A stretch of 64,000 nucleotides of DNA, taken from the IMG/VR virus record IMGVR_UViG_3300027782_000035; one strand, given 5' to 3'. Positions within the stretch are counted from its first letter, which is position 1. Each line of letters starts with the position of its first letter. This document shows, one piece after another, positions 30,222 to 38,615 of this stretch. A program made the position numbers and the translations under genes. The notes beneath the pieces were generated by a model. It made no database searches, was not told the DNA's origin, and was given only the letters and a program-made list of their open reading frames with translations. The stretch is from a virus.

Positions 30222-30566
30222 TCAGCCACGACGCATTTTTGCTATCTCAATAGCTTCCTCGTCACTAAAGACTGGAACAGCGTTTGATTTGTGTAGAGTA
30301 CCAATGCCAATCATTTTAGTACCAGTGTAATACATCGTAGGCTTAGACGAAGCAATACCTTGACCAGTGTCACGACTTGGAAGACGTGGACCAGTGTCGC
30401 GAACATGGGGCTTTGGATTTAGAATAGACGCAGAGGCGACAATATTAGACGCAAGCTTTTTCTTGGGCTCGTATTTCTTGACAATAGCTTCCCACTCAGC
30501 AACAAGTTGACGTTGCACTGCTGTAGGTTTCTTTGGCTTGCGTTTGGGGATTGATACGTAAATCAC
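30222..30566 (-). CDS. conserved phage hypothetical protein
   Basis: YTGTKMIGIGTLHKSNAVPVF..IAKMRR C-terminal motif. Confidence 0.7.
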   Translation of the reverse strand: MIYVSIPKRKPKKPTAVQRQLVAEWEAIVKKYEPKKKLASNIVASASILNPKPHVRDTGPRLPSRDTGQGIASSKPTMYYTGTKMIGIGTLHKSNAVPVFSDEEAIEIAKMRRG

Positions 30567-30790
30567 GAGATGATATCCTGAACAATGTACTTAGCTTCAG
30601 AAACAGACTTGCACTTATCGCCATTTACTACGATGTTACGAAAATTCATAATCTTAACTTTGATACCAGGAACTTCAAGCATGCGAAATTCTGGAGTTTT
30701 TTGCTTAACTGGCATTGTACCAGTTGCAAAGAACAATGTGTCCCATAATTCATCAGCTGCAATTTTACGCTGAAAGTGTACGTTAATCAT
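30563..30790 (-). CDS. hypothetical protein
   Basis: 75-aa ORF directly after the promoter at 30796-30824. Confidence 0.6.
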   Translation of the reverse strand: MINVHFQRKIAADELWDTLFFATGTMPVKQKTPEFRMLEVPGIKVKIMNFRNIVVNGDKCKSVSEAKYIVQDIIS

Positions 30791-30795
30791 AATAT

Positions 30796-30824
30796 ATTAT
30801 ACCTCAAACACGAATATTTGTACA
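30796..30824 (-). promoter_or_regulatory. phage early promoter
   Basis: TGTACA-N17-TATAAT. Confidence 0.8.
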
Positions 30825-30834
30825 GGGTTGTACG

Positions 30835-30910
30835 TGGTCCGGCGTAGAGGAATCGAACCTCTATAATGACTTTAGAAGAATCATGTCCTATCCGTTGAAC
30901 GAACGCCAGA
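30835..30910 (-). tRNA. tRNA-Arg(TCT)
   Basis: Cloverleaf, loop CT-TCT-AA, GGTTCGATTCC T arm, encoded CCA; own promoter at 30918-30946. Confidence 0.9.
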
Positions 30911-30917
30911 TAATTAT

Positions 30918-30946
30918 ATTATATCAAATATGCGAATATTTGTACA
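30918..30946 (-). promoter_or_regulatory. phage early promoter for tRNA-Arg
   Basis: TGTACA-N17-TATAAT. Confidence 0.8.
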
Positions 30947-30949
30947 GGG

Positions 30950-31609
30950 CTATTTTATTTTTTTCTCTGTAGTTTTCTTTGCGGGAGCCTTTTTCCTAGG
31001 TGCTCTCTTTGGCTTTTGAGATTCTTCAAATTCTTTAGATTTAGTTACAAGTCTTTTCTCAAGTCTTTTTACAACTTCTTCACCATCCATCCATATATCT
31101 TTATTCTCAAGCATAGATTTAATTTCCTGCTCTGTCATAAAATCTTTATAGATTTCATTCATCAAGCGTGCAGACCATTTTCTTTCATGCTGAAGTTGGT
31201 CAAACATTTCTCCACCTTTGCCAAACACTCCAGCGGAATAATTATGGAACATGAATACCGAATGAGGAGTTACTTCAAAGTTATCAGCACATAAGAAAAC
31301 CATAGTTGCTGCAGAGCAGCATGCGCCTTCAACAGAAGCTATAATAGTTGCTTCACTTTCGCCAAGCACTCGCATAAACTGAATTGCTGTGAATAAATCT
31401 CCACCTGGAGAATTGATATAAATCTTTACGATGTCAGTTTCTTCAGCATGGCGAATTAAATCAAACCATTCCATATATGTATCAGCTTCTTCAATTTCTC
31501 CACTTAAATAAAACTCATGCAAGTGTGCAATAGGTTTAGGCGGAAATTGACCATTAGAATGTATTTTCGGTTTACCAAGTTCAAGAACGTCGCCCATAGT
31601 GTACTCCAT
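30950..31609 (-). CDS. clpP: ClpP-like protease
   Basis: IYINSPGG, ACCSAAT (catalytic Ser), FMFH, DIWMDGEE. Confidence 0.85.
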   Translation of the reverse strand: MEYTMGDVLELGKPKIHSNGQFPPKPIAHLHEFYLSGEIEEADTYMEWFDLIRHAEETDIVKIYINSPGGDLFTAIQFMRVLGESEATIIASVEGACCSAATMVFLCADNFEVTPHSVFMFHNYSAGVFGKGGEMFDQLQHERKWSARLMNEIYKDFMTEQEIKSMLENKDIWMDGEEVVKRLEKRLVTKSKEFEESQKPKRAPRKKAPAKKTTEKKIK

Positions 31610-31651
31610 GTTGTTTGTAATATTATATATTAGTTACGAATATAGTAACAA

Positions 31652-31897
31652 TCATTTCTTAGGAGTAGACAAAGTTCCTCCAGAAAAAGAATATGCCACA
31701 CAAACTGCATCATCTGTGCGCGCATACGAGCATCTAACTGTAAGAGGATTAATGCCAGCTGAAATAGCTTGTTGAATATTTGTGGCCATTAGATTTCTAT
31801 CGTTAACGTAATAGTGTATAGATCCAATAACTAAGAATAATAGAACTAGTGTGATACAAATGACTACAACAGAATCAATCTTTAGAAAATCTTTCAT
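31652..31897 (-). CDS. small membrane protein
   Basis: N-terminal TM helix. Confidence 0.6.
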   Translation of the reverse strand: MKDFLKIDSVVVICITLVLLFLVIGSIHYYVNDRNLMATNIQQAISAGINPLTVRCSYARTDDAVCVAYSFSGGTLSTPKK

Positions 31898-32445
31898 ATG
31901 CTTGTTCCTTTTTTAACATAAAATATGTGGCGACCGATAGTGGTTCTATGCTCGACGTTTTTCCATTTAGGATTTACATAATCGGCGTGATAAAATATAG
32001 CTCCGTCAGTTGGATCTTTTATCTTATCTACATTAGCATATACGAATGATGCTAAATTTAAGATATGATAATATAACTGATCTCCTCGTTGAGCTAGTAC
32101 ATTGTCAAGAAACATCTTGCGTTCCTTATCTTGGCAATACCAAGAGAATTGACACGTGCTTTTAGTCTTTTGTGTAACTACCTCGCATATAGAAGATGGG
32201 AATTCTTGGTTCCTAGTTCTATTAATAGTTACAAATGCTACTGCAATCTTACCAATATCTGGTTCGTGTGCAGATTCGAAATAAATGTTTTCAGCTAAAC
32301 ACCTAATCTCTTTTTGAGTACTTGGTGTAAATGAATTGAATGTAACTTGTAAGTCAGACGGTTTAGAATGTGATATCGCGTACATATATGCGATAAATAT
32401 CGTCACTAATGCTATAGCAGTTATAGCAATAATTTTTTTATGCAT
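31894..32445 (-). CDS. cell wall hydrolase, SleB/Hydrolase_2 family
   Basis: CLAENIYFESAHE..VAFVTINR..CQFSWYC..GAIFYHADYVNPKW..IGRHIFY; N-terminal anchor. Confidence 0.92.
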   Translation of the reverse strand: MHKKIIAITAIALVTIFIAYMYAISHSKPSDLQVTFNSFTPSTQKEIRCLAENIYFESAHEPDIGKIAVAFVTINRTRNQEFPSSICEVVTQKTKSTCQFSWYCQDKERKMFLDNVLAQRGDQLYYHILNLASFVYANVDKIKDPTDGAIFYHADYVNPKWKNVEHRTTIGRHIFYVKKGTSI

Positions 32446-32463
32446 TATATTGTCTCCTAGAGT

Positions 32464-32488
32464 AAAAGAAGGGACGAACGTCCCCTCT
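32464..32488 (-). terminator. rho-independent terminator
   Basis: GGGAC-GTTC-GTCCC followed by TTCTTTT on - strand. Confidence 0.65.
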
Positions 32489-32496
32489 AATCCCGA

Positions 32497-32772
32497 TCAG
32501 GTGGACTTTTTGCTATTAGTCTTTATATCTAGTGGGATGTTTGAAACAAAACCATTAAGTGCCGTTGCTTTGACAATAATTTCTTGTTCAGTTGGGATAG
32601 CAGGAAAACCTGGATGATCAGGAATTGTGCCTCCATTGAGTTTAGCAGATTCGACTTTCATATGCCAGTCGTTGCTAATTTGTTCACGCTTACCGAAATA
32701 TTCATCGTTAAGCATGTCTTTCGCCATTTTTAGTAGTTCAAGGCGAATCTCGAACGGGGTCATATTACTCAT
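32497..32772 (-). CDS. conserved phage hypothetical protein
   Basis: MTPFEIRLELLKMAKDML..PTEQEIIVKA..FVS; AAGGAG SD. Confidence 0.75.
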   Translation of the reverse strand: MSNMTPFEIRLELLKMAKDMLNDEYFGKREQISNDWHMKVESAKLNGGTIPDHPGFPAIPTEQEIIVKATALNGFVSNIPLDIKTNSKKST

Positions 32773-32853
32773 ATTATACTCCTTGTGTGTTTATGAGTTG
32801 TGTGTAATGATGGTTTTATTGGGATCCATCAACCCATTATTATTTATTACTTC

Positions 32854-33033
32854 TTATTTCTTAGCTTCGGCTTTCTTCTCTACCTTCTTCTCATCTTTCT
32901 TAGCATCTGCTTTTGCAGGTGCTGGAGCAGTAGTTGCAGCTGGTGCAGCAGCAGGTGCTGGTGCTTTGGCTGGCTCTGCAGCGAAAGAGGTCAAAGCGAA
33001 TGCGGACAAAATTGTAGCGATCAATGTTTTCAT
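32854..33033 (-). CDS. secreted Ala/Pro/Lys-rich small protein
   Basis: Manual ORF MKTLIATILSAFALTSFAAEPAKAPAPAAAPAATTAPAPAKADAKKDEKKVEKKAEAKK; signal peptide; AAGGA SD. Confidence 0.75.
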   Translation of the reverse strand: MKTLIATILSAFALTSFAAEPAKAPAPAAAPAATTAPAPAKADAKKDEKKVEKKAEAKK

Positions 33034-33181
33034 ATCATTTCCTTAGAAAATTAAAAAGTTAAACTATCAAATTCATCAGCTTCGTCACTATCGTTTCAGT
33101 ACAAGATACTAAGGTATCGGTGGCTGGCGAATAGCAAGGACTAACTAAAGATAGGTTTTGAAGAGACCTATAACTCTCAAA

Positions 33182-33631
33182 TTAAAACGAGTATTTCAAA
33201 CCAACTGCAATTTGATTACCATCAAATGCATTTACACTTTTCTGACCTTCTTGACGGCGCCAATCAATCGTTGCGGCCAAATTCTTGGCAACAGGAACAG
33301 AACCACCGACACCAGCAGTAACGGCATAACCATCAGCACCAGTTTGATTCATCAAATATGCAACGCCACCTTTTACTGCAACAGTAACAGGTCCGACTTT
33401 CGTAACATCATATGAACCAACTAAACTATAACGGTCTTGGTCATTTGTCCCTTGAACGAAACGAGTGTAACCGGCTTCAACACCAATAGCACCAAATTTT
33501 TCACCTAAAGTAATACCATAACCTGTGCGGTCGGCACTACCAGAATAATCACGGGTACCGTTTACACCAACTTCTACTGCTGATGCTGATAATGCCAAAG
33601 TGGCCAATGTTGCAAATAAAACTTTTTTCAA
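33182..33631 (-). CDS. outer-membrane beta-barrel protein (8-stranded, OmpA-TM/Lom-like)
   Basis: Signal peptide, amphipathic strands, C-terminal VGLKYSF beta-signal. Confidence 0.85.
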   Translation of the reverse strand: MKKVLFATLATLALSASAVEVGVNGTRDYSGSADRTGYGITLGEKFGAIGVEAGYTRFVQGTNDQDRYSLVGSYDVTKVGPVTVAVKGGVAYLMNQTGADGYAVTAGVGGSVPVAKNLAATIDWRRQEGQKSVNAFDGNQIAVGLKYSF

Positions 33632-33654
33632 AATAAACTCCTTGTTGTTAATAG

Positions 33655-33990
33655 TGGTTAGTTATTCTGTTACGAGGAAACTAACCGAAACCCTAAGCTG
33701 CGTTTAAGCTGCTAATGCGAACTGTGAGTCGTTTGCGTTTACTTTTTTTGCTTGATTAACGGTCATCGCCTACCGTGTTGCCGTCGCCACTATCTAGCCC
33801 TGTCGAAACTATGCAGGCCCATCAGAAAGACACTTATGTTTAGTTAACCCTTTATCCCTTACCCACTCAAATCTAATAAAACAGGTTGGGCATAATGCAG
33901 TATATCTATGTTTCATAATTATCTTTTTGGTGGACCTGGGGGGATTCGCACCCCCGTCCAGAACTCCTTCGCTTTGAAGGGATTACAACA
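33655..33990 (-). ncRNA. ssrA: circularly permuted (two-piece) tmRNA
   Basis: Segment ..GGACGGGGGTGCGAATCCCCCCAGGTCCACCA (ends 33928) lies upstream of the segment starting GGGCCTG (33820); G3:U70 pair; tag GCAAACGACTCACAGTTCGCATTAGCAGCTTAA = ANDSQFALAA; outer ends approximate. Confidence 0.9.
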
Positions 33991-33992
33991 AT

Positions 33993-34559
33993 TCAATAAC
34001 TGACTGATAACCTATCAGTCAGTGTAAACTCTCTGTCTCTTACAAATGCAGTCAAAATATATTTTGACCCTGCGATCACACTTTCACCTTGATGAATCAT
34101 TGGTTCTTGTGTGTTGTATTTATAAACAACACAACTGCCACGCCGGGGTTTGATTCTCAAATTGTTTTTGGCAAAAACTGTGCAACCACCTTCAAAATCA
34201 TCATTGAGATACATGATCATTGTGGCTGTTCTTTGCGACGCAAAGCCCGACGTCAAGTCTGTGTGCCAATTGAAATAGTCTCCAACATCATATCTAATGA
34301 GAGGCATGGGTTCAATTTGCTGGATATTTTTAATATTAAAAAAATCTGCCACTCGCTTGGTCAACAAGTCAAAGTACTCATCATTGCCATATTCAATTCT
34401 GTGAGTTTTGCATTTTCTAATGTCATGGTATTCCAACTGACCGTTACGATGAACTTGACCATTTTTCCAATCGTAGTGCTTGGAAAAAATCTTGACAAGA
34501 TCTTGATCACTCAGCCAATTGTCATACTGCACAATTGAAGAACCATGGTGTGTTATCAT
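33993..34559 (-). CDS. 2OG-Fe(II) oxygenase (prolyl-hydroxylase-like)
   Basis: RY..FNWHTD..RTATMIMYLNDDFEGG..HQG..GSKY. Confidence 0.9.
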   Translation of the reverse strand: MITHHGSSIVQYDNWLSDQDLVKIFSKHYDWKNGQVHRNGQLEYHDIRKCKTHRIEYGNDEYFDLLTKRVADFFNIKNIQQIEPMPLIRYDVGDYFNWHTDLTSGFASQRTATMIMYLNDDFEGGCTVFAKNNLRIKPRRGSCVVYKYNTQEPMIHQGESVIAGSKYILTAFVRDREFTLTDRLSVSY

Positions 34560-34642
34560 TGCACTTTTCTCTTTACTTCATACAGCAATATAGTTTATTA
34601 TATATTATATATTATCAATGATTATTGTGGAAATTAATTTTA

Positions 34643-35296
34643 TCAATTTCCTTTAAGCTTAAAGTACTCTTCACGCAACTCAAGAAATTTTCCAATCCAA
34701 TCATCACGCTTTTCGATAAACACTGAAGCTTCTGGTTGTTCATCTACTGTCATAAGGATAACTAGTCTATCAACAGGAATCCCAGTACGCTCCTCAAACA
34801 TTACTGCGTACGCAGACGTTTGCATAAAATACCCATGAATATCGTCTCGAGCTTTAGCTCTCTTAGAGGTCTTAAAATCAATGACAGACATTCTTCCATC
34901 GTATTCTGCAATACAATCTACAGTTCCAGCAACTCTTAGATGATCTGAATATAATTGGGTTTCAAGACAGTGCACATTATCTATTCTGCACAACTCAGGT
35001 ACAATTGAATTCCACGTTTCGACCTCAAACATGTCGCAGTTGACGTCTTTGTTATTGAGGAAGTCTTCGCAAAGTGAGTGAACTCTTGTTCCTCGCTTTG
35101 TTGCTTTAGCGGAGACGCGGTTTGCTTCTTCCTCTCCGACTCGCTTTCGCCATGCGAAGATTGCTTCCTTTCCGTGCAATCCTGTGACGGACGTGACGGA
35201 AGGATAGGCTTTACCGTTTGGTGTTTGGTAGACTCTACCTTTGTCGGAATCAATACGCTTGAGTTTAGCGATATCATGATGTATATGTGTTATCAT
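34643..35296 (-). CDS. PD-(D/E)XK exonuclease
   Basis: YPSVT..WRKRVG..RGT.VH..AGTVDCIAEY..IDFKTS..Q.SAYA. Confidence 0.9.
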   Translation of the reverse strand: MITHIHHDIAKLKRIDSDKGRVYQTPNGKAYPSVTSVTGLHGKEAIFAWRKRVGEEEANRVSAKATKRGTRVHSLCEDFLNNKDVNCDMFEVETWNSIVPELCRIDNVHCLETQLYSDHLRVAGTVDCIAEYDGRMSVIDFKTSKRAKARDDIHGYFMQTSAYAVMFEERTGIPVDRLVILMTVDEQPEASVFIEKRDDWIGKFLELREEYFKLKGN

Positions 35297-36048
35297 TCAA
35301 TATGGTCTTCATATTTCAATTTTGCAAGGATGTAATCCTTAACTAGGGAACTGCGAACAATGTCGTTTACAGTAAATTCAATTTTCGTAAACGCATCCAT
35401 ATGATATGCAATATCAAAGAATTTTAAGATACCACTTACGTCATTCTTCTTTTTATTTAGATCAGTCTGACGATAATCGCCACACCAAATAATTTTAGAG
35501 CGATAACCAACACGAGTCATAACAGTATCGATTTCTTCAAATGTCATATTTTGCATTTCATCCACGATAATAATAGCGTCATCAAAAGACATACCGCGAA
35601 TGAATGATGTAGAGATAAACTCTATATGGTTTTGTTCCTCTAACCTATCCCATGCATCTCTTCGACCAAAGAGAGTTTCACATATCTGACGATATGGTTG
35701 CTGATAGATTTCCATTTTCTCATCAACACTACCAGGAAGATGTCCAATTTCACGAGATTGAACAGCAGAACGAACAATGATTATTTTACTGAATGGATTT
35801 GATTTATCGAGAACTTCTTCAATTGCTTTATAAAGTGCACAGAATGTTTTACCAGTTCCTGCTACTCCATGAAGTGCTACAAAATAATCTCCTCTTTTAT
35901 AGGCATCAAAAAATATTTTTTGATTATCAGTAAGAGGCTGAAAAGTTTTAAGATCATCTATTCTTATCTTGAGAGAATTAGTAGATCTAGTCGGTCTTTC
36001 ACCTTGTTCATTATCAACTATTTTCAGAGGCGGTTTCTTAATAGCCAT
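35293..36048 (-). CDS. phoH: PhoH-like ATPase
   Basis: GVAGTGKT, IGHLPG, SFIRGMSF, IVDEMQN, TRVG, GDYRQTDL, DIVRS. Confidence 0.95.
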   Translation of the reverse strand: MAIKKPPLKIVDNEQGERPTRSTNSLKIRIDDLKTFQPLTDNQKIFFDAYKRGDYFVALHGVAGTGKTFCALYKAIEEVLDKSNPFSKIIIVRSAVQSREIGHLPGSVDEKMEIYQQPYRQICETLFGRRDAWDRLEEQNHIEFISTSFIRGMSFDDAIIIVDEMQNMTFEEIDTVMTRVGYRSKIIWCGDYRQTDLNKKKNDVSGILKFFDIAYHMDAFTKIEFTVNDIVRSSLVKDYILAKLKYEDHIE

Positions 36049-36066
36049 GTCTTCTCCTGTTAGTTG

Positions 36067-36306
36067 TTAGATTACATTCATTTTTTTCAGGTCGCTTCCT
36101 GGTGTCCTTTGATGTATTCTCTGTAGAACGTCTCTGAAGCCCGTGTCACGACCACGGCCAAGCCTTACTGAATCGCCAATTGCTGGCGCAGTAATGACAG
36201 ATTCAAGATGGGGATTTTGTTTTAGATATTCTTCTCGAGCAGAGATTGACATTATCTGATCAAATTGTTCGAGAGTGTCTTTGTTACGGAAGGTGTAAGT
36301 GGGCAT
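36067..36306 (-). CDS. FmdB-like small protein
   Basis: True start likely MPTYTFRNKDT..EYLKQNPHL. Confidence 0.7.
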   Translation of the reverse strand: MPTYTFRNKDTLEQFDQIMSISAREEYLKQNPHLESVITAPAIGDSVRLGRGRDTGFRDVLQRIHQRTPGSDLKKMNVI

Positions 36307-36940
36307 TCTTAGATTCATAAAGAGGCATTGATATAAAGCGATCCTTTTTATCATCACGTAGGATGTAACAGGCATCTCCATATAAGGTATTTATACCATC
36401 AGCAAACCACGTAGGCATTGGAGAGTTGGTCCAACGAGACATTTTTACTTTGTCGTTGAGATAGTAATTGCGATAAGATGTAATTGAATCGCCTAGAACT
36501 TTATAATCTTCCGGCATTGCAGGAGTAGGTTCAGTAAACTCGCCATCTGGAATATTGCAAGGCTTAATTATTGATAGAGTATCGAGCAACAAATCGCGTT
36601 CAACTTTGTGAACTTTATTATAACGATACGTGTATTCCTTGCAGCATTCATCAAGAAGTTTAGTAAGCCAAACGTAATTTGCTTTTGACTTTCTTACCCA
36701 TACTGCCGAAGGATGATTGATATGAGTAGCCTTATACAATGTATAATCACGGCTATCACCTAGTGTCCAGAATTTCTTTTTTCTTCCTGAATCAGAAAGA
36801 CCAATGAGTTCTACACCATCAAGAACACGATGAGCAGTAGAAAGTAATTGAGCATATTCAAGAATCATTTTTACGACATGTTTGTCGTTGTGCATTTTAG
36901 CGCACAGTTCAGGATCATTGTCTAAATAGAAGATGTTCAT
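36284..36940 (-). CDS. pyrimidine-dimer DNA glycosylase family protein
   Basis: MNIFYLD..HNDKHVVKMILEYAQLLSTAH..THINHPSAVW..YRNYY. Confidence 0.8.
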   Translation of the reverse strand: MNIFYLDNDPELCAKMHNDKHVVKMILEYAQLLSTAHRVLDGVELIGLSDSGRKKKFWTLGDSRDYTLYKATHINHPSAVWVRKSKANYVWLTKLLDECCKEYTYRYNKVHKVERDLLLDTLSIIKPCNIPDGEFTEPTPAMPEDYKVLGDSITSYRNYYLNDKVKMSRWTNSPMPTWFADGINTLYGDACYILRDDKKDRFISMPLYESKNAHLHLP

Positions 36941-36957
36941 TTTTCTTCCTCAAGTTT

Positions 36958-37455
36958 TTAGTTACCACCATTCCACTCCAAGTTGAGACGTGCTAATTCG
37001 TTAATAGTAGCGTCTATATCATGATGTAGAATAGCCGTACCACCTGCAGTACGATATTTTTCTACTACATGCTCGGTGTCATCAACCAAGATATTCCAAG
37101 GTGAAGCAAACTCAGCTTTCTTAGATCCACCTGGAACAATGTTAGCTTTGTACATGATACTGTTATTGCGAAGCCAAGCATTCTTTTGGGCAGTCACACA
37201 CTCATGATGCTTTTGACCACCTGACGATGATAAGATCTCAACTGGAACTTTAAGTTCATGTATGAACTGTAGAAGCTTGTCAGCATTTGGCATTTTAGGT
37301 TGTTTTACGAAGTTACCACCAGTAACGTATACATCCCAATTCTTCCAGAATTCTTTCTGACGGCGTTGAACATCAGAAGGTCTTTGTCCAAACAGCGACT
37401 CGTACTGAGCAGTAAAATCGGCGATTACGCCATCCATGTCAAGATATATTTTCAT
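36958..37455 (-). CDS. HAD-family 5'(3')-deoxyribonucleotidase
   Basis: IYLDMDGVIADF..ILSS..K..W..ILVDD..GGTAI. Confidence 0.85.
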   Translation of the reverse strand: MKIYLDMDGVIADFTAQYESLFGQRPSDVQRRQKEFWKNWDVYVTGGNFVKQPKMPNADKLLQFIHELKVPVEILSSSGGQKHHECVTAQKNAWLRNNSIMYKANIVPGGSKKAEFASPWNILVDDTEHVVEKYRTAGGTAILHHDIDATINELARLNLEWNGGN

Positions 37456-37480
37456 ATTATAATTATAACACTACTATGAA

Positions 37481-37765
37481 TTATGGTACAGGCTTATTTC
37501 TTTCTGTATCAAAATAATATTCAGAATGTTCTACTTCCTCTTCAGTTTCTTCCGATTGTCCAACCCAATCTGGAAATTGCTCGTCAACGAAATCAAGATG
37601 ACCATCGAAGTAGAAGCCGCATCCTCTTAGAAATGTTTCAAACTTTTCTAACATTTGAGGTAGAGCAATATCACCTTCAAATTCGATTGTCACAGTTTCC
37701 TTTGGAGAGGAAGTATGCATTCCTGTATAACCAGGATATTCTTGCTTAAGTGTATATTTTGTCAT
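37481..37765 (-). CDS. hypothetical protein
   Basis: FETFLRGCGF motif. Confidence 0.65.
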   Translation of the reverse strand: MTKYTLKQEYPGYTGMHTSSPKETVTIEFEGDIALPQMLEKFETFLRGCGFYFDGHLDFVDEQFPDWVGQSEETEEEVEHSEYYFDTERNKPVP

Positions 37766-38205
37766 TTTACAATATCTCCATTTTCATCGATTTTAGTAAC
37801 TAATTTACTTACTTTAAGTTCATCTTCCCAGCTTTTTAGATAGTCGTTATCTTCATTAAAAACTCGAAGGTATTCTTCTCTATCGATTACTCGATGAGAT
37901 ACAATTTGTTCACCAAGGTGTTCTTGAGAGAATTCTTCAGCTTCATTCATAGTCACAGTATCAAGCGCCCATTCTTTCTTCCCCTTTGGTACTTCTACTA
38001 CATAACGCATACGAAATGTAGATACACATTCAACCATCACTAATTCTGTTTCCATTTCTTTCTTTCTTAAGATCCAAGTGCCATCTTCATTATCAATCCA
38101 TTCGACAGTATCGCCGATCTTCCATCCAAGTTCATCAAAAATTTTATCACCGAGTGGAAGAATCAACTCACCATTTTCATCTTTTTCAATAGTAACTATA
38201 GTCAT
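37762..38205 (-). CDS. AbrB/MazE-like N-terminal domain fused to hypothetical domain
   Basis: GELILPL..ELGWKIGDTVEWIDNEDG. Confidence 0.6.
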   Translation of the reverse strand: MTIVTIEKDENGELILPLGDKIFDELGWKIGDTVEWIDNEDGTWILRKKEMETELVMVECVSTFRMRYVVEVPKGKKEWALDTVTMNEAEEFSQEHLGEQIVSHRVIDREEYLRVFNEDNDYLKSWEDELKVSKLVTKIDENGDIVK

Positions 38206-38615
38206 TTAGTTTGCTCCGCTAACAGTTTATAACCTTTTCCAGTTGGATGCACTCCATCTGAACTCATGTGATTCATAGGCCTAGACAATATGACATCTCC
38301 ATACTCAACTGCAATTTTTGACATTGCTTCATGAGGAATAGGCTTACGATCTTTTCCAGGATCAATCCAAAAGACACGTTTACCTTTTATAGATTCACGC
38401 ATCTTTCTAAGTTCCTTTTCCGTTTTAACACCTTTATGATCATTAGCTCCAAGACTAATGATAATAGTTTCACGATAGTTGGCAGCAGCTTCAGAAAGAT
38501 AATCCTTATTCCACTGCCAACTATTCCAACCACCTTTAGCGTATGCTACGCACTCTTTACGTTGAATAGCTACGCCAACTGCGATACTATCGCCAATAAT
38601 CATACAATCAATCAT
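38202..38615 (-). CDS. SGNH/GDSL hydrolase
   Basis: IGDSIA, SLGAND, DGVHPTGKGY. Confidence 0.85.
   Translation of the reverse strand: MIDCMIIGDSIAVGVAIQRKECVAYAKGGWNSWQWNKDYLSEAAANYRETIIISLGANDHKGVKTEKELRKMRESIKGKRVFWIDPGKDRKPIPHEAMSKIAVEYGDVILSRPMNHMSSDGVHPTGKGYKLLAEQTK

Noticed and set aside
33070-33105. GAAAC and CTGATGA close together (- strand), suggesting a hammerhead ribozyme
   Set aside because: Stems I and II cannot be built and the cleavage triplet would be GUG
34643-35296. Exonuclease as Cas4/CRISPR component
   Set aside because: Standard T4-like PD-(D/E)XK nuclease beside phoH; no Cas4 four-Cys pattern and no array
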